DNA of 22,789 nucleotides from an uncultured Eubacteriales bacterium (lineage in GTDB: Bacteria; Bacillota; Clostridia; TANB77; RGIG9151), in the NCBI GenBank assembly GCA_964640345.1, contig CAZXFU010000012.1, positions 1-22,789 on the forward strand, written 5' to 3'. The notes under the pieces were generated by a model. It was not told the origin of the DNA. It made no database searches and saw only the letters and a program-made list of their open reading frames with translations. Made by a program: the position numbers and the translations under genes. Positions within the stretch are counted from its first letter, which is position 1, and each line of letters begins with the position of its first letter. Positions 8,217 to 16,168 of the stretch are shown piece by piece.

Positions 8217-8813
8217 ATGAAAATAAATATTCATAATACAAAATTTGAAATATCTGCTGTAAAATCTTCTCAATTTCCGAAAAACAATCTTCCGGAAATA
8301 ATATTCGTAGGACGTTCAAATGTCGGTAAATCATCTATTTTAAACGCACTGCTAAACAGGAAAAATCTTGCTTATGTCGGCTCAACCCCCGGAAAAACTC
8401 AGCAAATAAACTTTTTCAACATAGATAATAAATTATACTTTGTTGACTTGCCGGGTTATTCTTTCTCTGTAATGGGAAAAGAAAAATCCGAAAAAATAAG
8501 CAAGTCTATAGATTTATACCTAAAAACGCGTGAAAACATAGCACTTATCGTAATGCTTGTCGACATACGCCATAAACCGTCTGCCGACGATAAAATGATG
8601 TATGATTATTTGATAAATTCAGCTTTGAATTTTATCATTGTACCGACTAAAGCGGATAAAGTCGCAATAACAAAAATTCCCGAATACTGCAAAGTAATTC
8701 AAGACGAGCTAAACTGCCCGGAAGAAGTCGATATAATTCCTGTATCTTCCTCAAAAAAAGACAATTTAGAAGCTATTTGGCAAGCAATTTTTCAAACTCT
8801 TCCGGAAGACTAG
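8217..8813 (+). CDS. engB: Ribosome biogenesis GTP-binding protein EngB/YsxC
   Basis: Start taken at ATG 8217 (MKINIHNTKF...), preceded by AAAGGTGG. G1 motif GRSNVGKSS. G3 motif DLPGY. G4 motif TKADK. Confidence 0.9.
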   Translation: MKINIHNTKFEISAVKSSQFPKNNLPEIIFVGRSNVGKSSILNALLNRKNLAYVGSTPGKTQQINFFNIDNKLYFVDLPGYSFSVMGKEKSEKISKSIDLYLKTRENIALIVMLVDIRHKPSADDKMMYDYLINSALNFIIVPTKADKVAITKIPEYCKVIQDELNCPEEVDIIPVSSSKKDNLEAIWQAIFQTLPED

Positions 8814-9666
8814 ACGAAAATTCCATATATTTACCGTTGCTCGGATGAATAAATCCGAGCGTTTTTGCGTGTAGTGCTTGTCCGACAAATCCATATTTAT
8901 TTTTCCCCGAGCTATATATAAAATCTCCGAGTAGCGGATGTCCTATATATGCCATATGTACCCTTATTTGATGCGTTCTTCCGGTCTCAAGTCTTACCTC
9001 TAAAATCGTACAATCATCAAGTTGCTTAATAACTTTATAATGTGTAACTGCATGTCTGCCGTTTTTCACAACGCTCATCTTTTTCCTATCATTGGGATTT
9101 CTTCCGATAGGAGCATCAATAACGCCGCTGCTCTCCTTAAAAACGCCTCTTGCAATCGCAATATACACCCTTGTCATGCTGTGCTCTTTAAGTTGAGCCG
9201 CAAGTGAAATATGTGCTTTATCATTTTTTGCAATAACCAAAACACCTGACGTATCCTTATCAATACGATGAACAATTCCCGGTCTAATTTCCCCATTTAT
9301 CCCGGATAAGTTATCTTTACAGTGTGCCATAACAGCGTTGACCAAAGTCCCCGTCTGATTTCCGTTAGCCGGATGAACAACCATTCCTTTGGGCTTATTT
9401 ACAACCAAAACATCATCATCTTCATATAAGATATCAAGTTTTATATCCTCAGCCTCTATTTTTACAGGCTTTGCATCCGGGATTTCCACCATAACAACCT
9501 GTCCGGCAGCAACTTTTTGTGAATCCTTTACAGCCATGCCATCAATCGTTACAAAGCCGTCCTCTATTAACTTCTGTACTCTGCTCCTTGATATATCAAG
9601 CTTCTCTGCCACAAATTTATCAATCCTGTCAACTGAAACATCTGAAACAATTTTTTCAATATTCAT
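8773..9666 (-). CDS. rluD: RluD-subfamily (RluA family) 23S rRNA pseudouridine synthase
   Basis: N-terminal S4 domain (RIDKFVAEKLDISRSRVQKLIEDGFVTIDG). Catalytic motif HRIDKDTSGVLVIAKN. GRTHQIRVHMAYIGHPLLGD. The start codon overlaps the upstream stop as TAATG. Confidence 0.92.
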   Translation of the reverse strand: MNIEKIVSDVSVDRIDKFVAEKLDISRSRVQKLIEDGFVTIDGMAVKDSQKVAAGQVVMVEIPDAKPVKIEAEDIKLDILYEDDDVLVVNKPKGMVVHPANGNQTGTLVNAVMAHCKDNLSGINGEIRPGIVHRIDKDTSGVLVIAKNDKAHISLAAQLKEHSMTRVYIAIARGVFKESSGVIDAPIGRNPNDRKKMSVVKNGRHAVTHYKVIKQLDDCTILEVRLETGRTHQIRVHMAYIGHPLLGDFIYSSGKNKYGFVGQALHAKTLGFIHPSNGKYMEFSSSLPEEFEKLLAK

Positions 9667-10922
9667 TACGAATTTCCTTCCTTTACAAAGGTTTCAAAAG
9701 CTTTTCCGCGTTCCTCAAAGTTCTTAAAAAAGCCATAACTTGCAGCAGCCGGAGACATAAGACAGGTTTTCCCTTTTTCTGTTATCCTCTTTGCCAAACT
9801 AACCGCAGATTTTAAATCCTCAGCATAGTACACACCATCTCGCTTTAACATTTTCTCTATTCTACGTCCTGTATCGTACATTAAAATAATGTTCTTAACA
9901 TCCGACTTTTCTAAAAACTCAGTTAATTTTTCGTAATGAATTCCCCTGTCAAGTCCGCCAATTAATACAGTTTCTACATTTTCTAAACTTTTAATTGCCA
10001 TAATTGTAGCTTCGGGAATTGTTGAAATAGAATCGTTATAATATTTAACGCCATCAACCTCCCCTATAAACTCTAATCTGTGAGGTAATCCTTTAAACTC
10101 ACCTATGCTCTTTTTTATTGAATTTTCATCAACACCGCATGCACGTGCCACAAGACGTGCAGCCATTATGTTTTTCTTATTATGCTCCCCAATCAAATTA
10201 CTTTTAGCATCATAATCATACGGAAAAGAAAACTTTTTCCCAATAGCACACTTATTTATATAACTGCAAACCATCTGATTTTCATTAGAGTATATAACAA
10301 TATCATCTTTCTTTTGATGCCTAAAAATATTGACTTTAGCAAGTTGGTAATCTTCATAACTCAGATAATGGTCCAAATGCTCCTCAAAAATATTAAGTAT
10401 AACGGCAATATGAGGCGAATATTTTACACGCTCAAGTTGATGAGATGACATCTCGCAAACAAGCAAAGTATCGTCAGATATCTCCTCAAGGCATTCAAAC
10501 ATAGGAACGCCAATATTCCCAACTAATTTAACATTTTTTCCTGCATCTTTTAACATACAAAAAATCAAAGACGAAGTCGTACTCTTCCCCTTTGTACCCG
10601 TTATTCCGATCATATTCTTTCGATTTGCCATAAGCATAAGCTCGGTCTCGGAAGTAACAAAAACATCAGTTGGTATATCAAAAAAAGGAATACCCGGCGA
10701 TTTTATAACAATATCATAATCTTTTACCGCCTCTAAATAATTATCCCCAAAATAAACCTTCTCGTCACATTCAGGCTTATTTTTATCCGCAATCGCAAGT
10801 TCAGTATAATTTACATACTTTTTTATAAAATTATAAGTAGACTTTCCTTCCCTTCCAAAACCCAGTATCAAAATCGACTTATTTCTTAAAAAATCTCTAA
10901 TATCTGAAATTATATCTATCAT
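9666..10922 (-). CDS. murD: Mur ligase of the MurD family (UDP-MurNAc-L-Ala--glutamate ligase), possibly MurD2-type (L-Glu-adding)
   Basis: Rossmann N-domain ILILGFGREGKS. P-loop GITGTKGKSTT. EMSSHQLE. GEHNKKNIMAA. GLPHRLEF. SPAAASYGFFKNFEERGKAF. The canonical NDSKATN reads NDSISTIPEAT here. GGGGAG RBS. Confidence 0.8.
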   Translation of the reverse strand: MIDIISDIRDFLRNKSILILGFGREGKSTYNFIKKYVNYTELAIADKNKPECDEKVYFGDNYLEAVKDYDIVIKSPGIPFFDIPTDVFVTSETELMLMANRKNMIGITGTKGKSTTSSLIFCMLKDAGKNVKLVGNIGVPMFECLEEISDDTLLVCEMSSHQLERVKYSPHIAVILNIFEEHLDHYLSYEDYQLAKVNIFRHQKKDDIVIYSNENQMVCSYINKCAIGKKFSFPYDYDAKSNLIGEHNKKNIMAARLVARACGVDENSIKKSIGEFKGLPHRLEFIGEVDGVKYYNDSISTIPEATIMAIKSLENVETVLIGGLDRGIHYEKLTEFLEKSDVKNIILMYDTGRRIEKMLKRDGVYYAEDLKSAVSLAKRITEKGKTCLMSPAAASYGFFKNFEERGKAFETFVKEGNS

Positions 10923-10940
10923 ATTAACTCCCCGCTAAAA

Positions 10941-12167
10941 TCATTTTAATAGTATCGGCAAATCGTTTTTATATTTTTCTCTAAGCAAATTAACAGCCTC
11001 ATTTACCTCAGCCCTTGTTCCGACACACTCAAACGGCTTCGTCTTTTCCTTTCCGGTAAGCTGATCAAAATACTTTTTAAGCTCCGTATCATTTAACAAA
11101 TCCTTACCAAAAATCTCTATAAGTTCGGCTTTTTCAAGATAAGGAGCAAGCATTAAATAAACAAATAAGCATTTCGGACATTTACAACACCATTCATTTT
11201 TTCCATTTTTACTGCCCACATTACAACTTCTAAAAATCTTATGATACTTTTTATACCCCGCAAACTTCTTTGCAATATCAATCTCTCGCATACCACGTAA
11301 TAAGCTAAAATACTTAATATGTGAATTAATATACTTTTCAACATACTTAACAAAATCCAATTCAAACTCAAGCGACTTAGAATACTGGTGGTTTGCACCC
11401 GTCTCCTCGTTGGTTGCCTCGTTTGCACTGCTTTCATTAGATAAAACCACAAATTCTTTATTAGAAAGCAGAGCACAAAAAATTCCTAAAAAAGCTAAAG
11501 ATGCAGAAAAAGGAGTATGTCCGTTTAGAAAACCTTCGCCGTTTAATTTTATCAATAACGGATCGATTTTTCTAATAACCTCAACAGTATCATCCATTTT
11601 ATATCCGGCAACCTTTACCGTATCAATCGTCGCTCCCCTTGGATTTACAATAAAGCACGTATTTTCTTCGCCCTGTGCCTTTAATAACTCAAGCGTCACA
11701 ATAGAATCCTTTCCGCCACCGACAGGTACCAAATTTCCTGACACATTGCTAAACTGAGATTTCCTAAACTGAAGCTTTGTAGCATTCTCAAAACTAACAA
11801 AATCATCAAAAGAAACATCTATATTATTAACAAACCTAAACTCGCCAAGTCCATTATAAAAAAGCTTTTTCCAAAACGCCTTCTGCTCTTCGTCCAACGC
11901 CCCCGCCCTTAAAATAACTCTCTTTGGACAAGCAAGCTTATAATAACTTATAAGCTCCGCCATTCCCAAATTAAACAAAAAAATGTCTCTTTCATTTGCA
12001 TTCCCCAAAGAAAAAAACTTCTTCTTTAAAATAGAAATCTTATGAGTAAAACTATATTCGCCTAAAGAATAAAAATAATTTATCTCCAAATCATTCTCAT
12101 TCTCTTTATATGTAAAACTATCATATGAAATATTGTCAAACTTTTCTCTTAGCTCCTCAAATCTCAT
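10941..12167 (-). CDS. PP-loop ATP-pyrophosphatase-like protein with a C-terminal cysteine cluster; candidate MurL-type UDP-MurNAc-L-Ala-L-Glu epimerase (function unproven)
   Basis: PP-loop-like motif LVPVGGGKDSIVTLELL around residue 150. Cys cluster SCNVGSKNGKNEWCCKCPKC. About 140 aa at the N-terminus show no motif I recognise. The gene ends 18 nt upstream of the MurD-family gene and overlaps the upstream permease gene by 11 nt. Confidence 0.6.
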   Translation of the reverse strand: MRFEELREKFDNISYDSFTYKENENDLEINYFYSLGEYSFTHKISILKKKFFSLGNANERDIFLFNLGMAELISYYKLACPKRVILRAGALDEEQKAFWKKLFYNGLGEFRFVNNIDVSFDDFVSFENATKLQFRKSQFSNVSGNLVPVGGGKDSIVTLELLKAQGEENTCFIVNPRGATIDTVKVAGYKMDDTVEVIRKIDPLLIKLNGEGFLNGHTPFSASLAFLGIFCALLSNKEFVVLSNESSANEATNEETGANHQYSKSLEFELDFVKYVEKYINSHIKYFSLLRGMREIDIAKKFAGYKKYHKIFRSCNVGSKNGKNEWCCKCPKCLFVYLMLAPYLEKAELIEIFGKDLLNDTELKKYFDQLTGKEKTKPFECVGTRAEVNEAVNLLREKYKNDLPILLK

Positions 12168-13173
12168 TTTCTTTATCCTTTCTGTTTATTCTCCTCTTAT
12201 TATACCCTACTAAAAGCATTGTAATCAAAAAAACTCCAAAAATTCCCATAGCATAATAAAGCTTAGCAACAAGTGTAGAAAATCCAAATAAGCTAATAAC
12301 ACAAGCCACTGCACATATGCCGAAAAAAGCCGTAACGTTCTTATTAAACCTTGTATAAACTCCATATAAACACCCAACAGCAGTAGTCAAAACGGCAATT
12401 ATAAACGAAACGCCGTAAACTACGCCATACCGAGATTCGGCTAAAATTGCAACAGGGATCTCTGCATTTTGTATTTTATCATAATTTACTAAAAGTGCAA
12501 AGTATATTATAATTCCAAAAATTCCAATAATCAAACCGGAAATAACAGACACTACCCTTATTTCGCCCTTATTCTTTGAACTGCTGCCTAAAACAGGCAA
12601 AACAGATAATCCCATTATAATATTGTACGCCCCATATATAATTGCAGAAATAAAAGCAGGAAATAGCGAATTACTTTCACTAATCAACTTAAAATCAAAT
12701 CCACCGGAAAAAGAAGAAATCGAAATAACACACGTAAGCAATATCAAAACAGGCACAATAACAGAACTAACCTTCATAATTCCCTTTATACCTAAAATCG
12801 TAACAAAAAAAGAAACAATAGCCATAATCAAAGTTCCAACCACAAAAGGAGCACCACAAACCTGATTAAAAAAAGCCCCTGTACCGGAAAACATAGTACT
12901 GGCAGTAGCAACCAAGAAAAATCCCAAAAGAAAATCTACAACCTTACCAAATTTACATCTAAAGCCATACGCCAAAATATCCTCATACGAATCTGCTTTA
13001 CTTGTATATCCCATAAGCATAATTTTTTCCCCGATAAAAATAAGCAATGCCGAAACCAAAATAATACCAAACAAGCCGTATATTCCAAAATCCGCGAAGT
13101 ATTTTCTAATCTCCTGCCCCGATGCAAAACCGGCACCGATTATCGTACCTATGAAAGTAAATACAAGTCCCAT
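12157..13173 (-). CDS. YkvI-family polytopic membrane protein (amino-acid-permease-like putative transporter)
   Basis: 338 aa and hydrophobic almost throughout, with about 10 predicted TM helices. The N-terminal signature GTIIGAGFASGQEIRKYF resembles B. subtilis YkvI. AAGGAG RBS. Confidence 0.7.
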   Translation of the reverse strand: MGLVFTFIGTIIGAGFASGQEIRKYFADFGIYGLFGIILVSALLIFIGEKIMLMGYTSKADSYEDILAYGFRCKFGKVVDFLLGFFLVATASTMFSGTGAFFNQVCGAPFVVGTLIMAIVSFFVTILGIKGIMKVSSVIVPVLILLTCVISISSFSGGFDFKLISESNSLFPAFISAIIYGAYNIIMGLSVLPVLGSSSKNKGEIRVVSVISGLIIGIFGIIIYFALLVNYDKIQNAEIPVAILAESRYGVVYGVSFIIAVLTTAVGCLYGVYTRFNKNVTAFFGICAVACVISLFGFSTLVAKLYYAMGIFGVFLITMLLVGYNKRRINRKDKENEI

Positions 13174-13186
13174 TATATCACTCCTT

Positions 13187-13215
13187 TTAATATATACTAT
13201 TCAAAGTGGTATCAA
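13187..13215 (-). promoter_or_regulatory. Candidate sigma-A promoter for the permease/PP-loop/MurD-like/rluD operon
   Basis: On the minus strand: TTGATA (13215..13210), a 17-nt spacer, then TATTAA (13192..13187). It lies between the glyA terminator and the permease RBS. Confidence 0.35.
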
Positions 13216-13254
13216 ATATTACTTTCTAATTTGTAAAAGAAATCGAAAAATAGG

Positions 13255-13298
13255 AATAAGCCTCAAACTTAGCAAGCTAGCTAAACCTAAGGCTTATT
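13255..13298 (-). terminator. Probable intrinsic terminator after glyA
   Basis: A 9-bp outer stem (AATAAGCCT 13255..13263 / AGGCTTATT 13290..13298) encloses a 5-bp inner stem (TTAGC/GCTAA). On the minus strand it is followed by CCTATTTTTCGATTTCTTTT. Confidence 0.5.
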
Positions 13299-13300
13299 TC

Positions 13301-14536
13301 TTATTGATAATATATAGGATACTTTTCACAAAGCTCCTCTGCTCCCCTTATCACAAAATCCCTATTACCTTCAAAGTCCTTTAATATCAAATCAATAAAC
13401 TCAGCAATTTCCACCATATCTTCCTCTTTCATTCCCCTAGTAGTAACGGCTGGAGTTCCAATTCTTAAACCGCTAGTAATCGCCGGCTCCTCTGTATCAA
13501 AAGGAATGGCATTTTTATTAACAGTTATTCTGACTTTATCTAGCATACTCTCAGCATCTTTTCCTGTAATACCTGTTCCCCTTAAATCCATAAGCATTAA
13601 ATGATTATCCGTTCCGTCCGTTAATATCTTATAGCCACGATTCATAAGTTCTAACGCAAGTCTCTTAGAATTTAATATAACTTGTTTTTGATACTCCTTA
13701 AACTCAGGCATCAAAGCTTCCTTAAAGCAAACAGCCTTACCGGCAATAACATGCATCAAAGGACCGCCTTGAACTCCCGGGAACAAAGCATTGTCAATAG
13801 CCTTCCCAAACTCTTTCTTACATAAAACCATTCCGCCACGCGGTCCCCTTAATGTCTTATGTGTAGTTGTCGTAACAAAATGTGCATACTCTACCGGATT
13901 ATTATGAAGCCCCGCAGCAACAAGACCTGCAATCTGAGCCATATCTACCATAAGATACGCCCCAACCTCATCAGCAATTTCTCTGAATTTTTTAAAATCA
14001 ATTTCTCTGGGATACGCACTTGCACCTGCAACAATTAACTTAGGCTTGCACTCAAGTGCCTTTTTTCTAACCTCTTCATAATCAATAGTATATGTAACCG
14101 GGTTTATACCATATGTAACGAAATTATATAAGTTACCTGAAGTATTAACCTTACTTCCATGAGTAATATGCCCGCCATGTGTCGAATCCATTCCAAGGAC
14201 GGTATCTCCCGGCTTTAATACTGCAAAATAAACAGTCATATTAGCCTGTGCACCGGAATGAGGCTGAACGTTAGCATATTCAGCACCAAAAAGCTCTTTT
14301 GCTCTTTTTATTGCTAAATTTTCAATAATATCAACACATTCACAACCACCATAATGTCTCTCGCCGGGATATCCCTCCGCATATTTATTTGTAAGAATAC
14401 TTCCCATAGCCTCTAAAACAGCCTTACTTACAATATTTTCCGCTGCAATAAGTTCAATATTTTTCCTCTGGCGATTAAGCTCTGCTTCAATTGCGTTTGC
14501 AATTTCTATGTCTTCTTTTTTAATTTCATTTACCAT
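13301..14536 (-). CDS. glyA: Serine hydroxymethyltransferase
   Basis: Full-length SHMT, 411 aa. Motifs [24 protein letters not shown], the PLP-lysine region [15 protein letters not shown], and [26 protein letters not shown]. Confidence 0.97.
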   Translation of the reverse strand: MVNEIKKEDIEIANAIEAELNRQRKNIELIAAENIVSKAVLEAMGSILTNKYAEGYPGERHYGGCECVDIIENLAIKRAKELFGAEYANVQPHSGAQANMTVYFAVLKPGDTVLGMDSTHGGHITHGSKVNTSGNLYNFVTYGINPVTYTIDYEEVRKKALECKPKLIVAGASAYPREIDFKKFREIADEVGAYLMVDMAQIAGLVAAGLHNNPVEYAHFVTTTTHKTLRGPRGGMVLCKKEFGKAIDNALFPGVQGGPLMHVIAGKAVCFKEALMPEFKEYQKQVILNSKRLALELMNRGYKILTDGTDNHLMLMDLRGTGITGKDAESMLDKVRITVNKNAIPFDTEEPAITSGLRIGTPAVTTRGMKEEDMVEIAEFIDLILKDFEGNRDFVIRGAEELCEKYPIYYQ

Positions 14537-14548
14537 ATATATCCTCCT

Positions 14549-15055
14549 CTAAGCCATACCGTTTCTAACAGCATACAAAGCAGCATTGGTTCTATCCGCC
14601 ACATCAATTTTTTTAAAAATATTATTAAGATGATTTTTTACTGTTTTTTCACTTAGAAATAATTTCTTTGCAATTTCTTTATTTGTCATTCCGCTTCCAA
14701 GTAAGCCTAGCACTTCTTTTTCTCTGTCTGTAAGACCTGTAGACGTTAAAGCAGAAGACGAACTAATTGCAACCTCAATCAGAGGCCTAATATATTCATC
14801 TTTCCCACTGACAGAAAAGCCTGAATACATAAGCCCCATATCTTCTAAAATGCTTGCCCTTTTACTGTCAATTTCGTCATTTGTAATCTCTAAAACTCTA
14901 TTTGCACCAATGCTTTTTATAACATTCAAATCACAATTTTCAGTAAAAAAAGCACATTCTTTATTATTAATCCTAGCAATAAAATAATCATCCTTAGGTA
15001 AAATCTCATCAAAAACCTTTTCAAACTTTGAATCTCCAATAACTGCTAAATTCAT
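14549..15055 (-). CDS. LuxR/GerE-family HTH transcriptional regulator with a degenerate receiver-like N-terminal domain
   Basis: C-terminal LuxR-type HTH LTDREKEVLGLLGSGMTNKEIAKKLFLSEKTVKNHLNNIFKKIDVADRTNAALYAV. The roughly 100-aa N-terminal region has receiver-like spacing but lacks an obvious acidic pocket or phospho-acceptor Asp. Confidence 0.8.
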   Translation of the reverse strand: MNLAVIGDSKFEKVFDEILPKDDYFIARINNKECAFFTENCDLNVIKSIGANRVLEITNDEIDSKRASILEDMGLMYSGFSVSGKDEYIRPLIEVAISSSSALTSTGLTDREKEVLGLLGSGMTNKEIAKKLFLSEKTVKNHLNNIFKKIDVADRTNAALYAVRNGMA

Positions 15056-15075
15056 ATTTACCTCACTCCATAAAT

Positions 15076-16026
15076 CTAGACTTGCTCCGCTAAAAGAGCA
15101 TAATTTATACCCTGTGAAACAACATCAGACACACTATCTATAATTTCATCTATTTCCTTTGGAGTAACAACTAAGTCTCCAACGTACGGTTCTAAAACCT
15201 CTTTTATCAAACCATATTTCTCATCTTGTTCCATCGGTTTTATTCTATCATAATCATTTGTACTTTGTGAAGTGTTTTTATCCATATTCTCCAGCATAAG
15301 TTCAATTGTATCATTTGCCATTGTAGCAGCATCAACAACTGTAGGCACACCTATCGCTATAACAGGTACTCCTAAAGTTTCCTTACTCATAGCCATTCTC
15401 TTATTCCCAATTCCGGAACCCGGAATTATTCCGGTATCCGCAATTTGAATTGTAGTGCTAATTCTCTCTAATTTTCTCGAAGCAAGTGCATCTATCGCAA
15501 TAACAAAATCCGGCTTAATTTTATCTATAACGCCGCGAACAACCTCACTCGTTTCCATTCCCGTAGTTCCTAAAACCCCGGGCGAAATTGCACTAACCGA
15601 CCTTACCGGACGATTTAAAATATCCGGTGCATACTCTAAAATATGACGTGTAACCTCAACATCTTGAACAACCTTAGGCCCAAGAGCATCCGGTGTGACA
15701 TTTTGGTTGCCAAGCCCTACCACTAAAACGGATTGCTTTATATCTGTACCGGTAAGTTTTCTAAGCTCTCTTGCCAAAACTTTATAAATTCGCTCATTCG
15801 TTTCAGCATCATTTAGCTTAATCTTAGGAGCATCTAACGTAACATAATTGCCAACAGGCTTTCCAATATGTCCGGCTCCCTCTTCTGTCTCTATCTTTAC
15901 CCTTGTAATTTTAACATCATCTATTTCTTCTTCTTCTGAACTGACACCGGGTACATCAGTCTGTTGAGCTTTTTTATACGCATCACGCATTTCAACCGCT
16001 AAATCTGTACGAAATGAAAAAAACAT
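15076..16026 (-). CDS. gpr: Spore germination protease GPR (endopeptidase that degrades SASPs)
   Basis: Start taken at ATG 16026 (MFFSFRTDLAVE...), preceded by GAGGAGG. Motifs shared with B. subtilis Gpr: RTDLAVE, VVGLGNQNVTPDALGP, KPDFVIAIDALASR, TIQIADTGIIPGSGIGNKR, LGVPVIAIGVPTVVDA, VTPKEID. Confidence 0.93.
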   Translation of the reverse strand: MFFSFRTDLAVEMRDAYKKAQQTDVPGVSSEEEEIDDVKITRVKIETEEGAGHIGKPVGNYVTLDAPKIKLNDAETNERIYKVLARELRKLTGTDIKQSVLVVGLGNQNVTPDALGPKVVQDVEVTRHILEYAPDILNRPVRSVSAISPGVLGTTGMETSEVVRGVIDKIKPDFVIAIDALASRKLERISTTIQIADTGIIPGSGIGNKRMAMSKETLGVPVIAIGVPTVVDAATMANDTIELMLENMDKNTSQSTNDYDRIKPMEQDEKYGLIKEVLEPYVGDLVVTPKEIDEIIDSVSDVVSQGINYALLAEQV

Positions 16027-16051
16027 AACAACCTCCTCAAAAAATTTTATT

Positions 16052-16084
16052 ATTAGTTTGTCCAATAAAAAGATTTCTTATTAC
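16052..16084 (-). promoter_or_regulatory. Candidate forespore-type (sigma-F/sigma-G-like) promoter upstream of gpr
   Basis: On the minus strand: GTAATA (16084..16079), a 15-nt spacer, then GGACAAACTA (16063..16054). The -10 fits the sigma-F pattern GGnnAnAHTR and contains CAAACTA (sigma-G consensus CATACTA). The -35 matches GTATA/GCATA only imperfectly. Confidence 0.35.
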
Positions 16085-16103
16085 ATAAAATTTAAAACAA
16101 AAA

Positions 16104-16152
16104 AAATACCGCAAAAGTTATATAGTTTAATCTACAAACTCCCACGGTATTT
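16104..16152 (-). terminator. Possible terminator after the ferredoxin gene
   Basis: An 8-bp stem AAATACCG/CGGTATTT closes a 33-nt loop that has a 5-bp inner stem (AGTTT/AAACT). On the minus strand it is followed by TTTTTTGTTTT. The large loop lowers confidence. Confidence 0.35.
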
Positions 16153-16168
16153 TCTTATCAATAAGGAC

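Noticed and set aside
8143-8334. The 63-aa minus-strand ORF spanning the tadA/engB divergent region, and the upstream extension of engB (8175..8216)
   Set aside because: The ORF lies antisense to the engB 5' end and has no RBS. For engB, the ATG at 8217 has an AAAGGTGG RBS, while the 8175 start would begin only 14 nt from the tadA start codon.
9666-10922. Calling the 418-aa ligase a plain canonical MurD (D-Glu ligase)
   Set aside because: This is not fully rejected and remains the default annotation. I flagged it instead because of the altered DSKATN motif, the absence of dcw neighbours and the coupled PP-loop gene. Deciding between the two needs profile or phylogenetic analysis that I cannot run.
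11153-11757. ORFs 11153..11476 (-) and 11410..11757 (+) inside the PP-loop protein gene
   Set aside because: They are embedded alternate or antisense frames with no motifs. The long frame carries the PP-loop and Cys-cluster signatures.
13151-13384. The 77-aa plus-strand ORF across the glyA/permease intergenic region
   Set aside because: It spans a terminator hairpin and a promoter region and overlaps both flanking genes antisense. It has no RBS.
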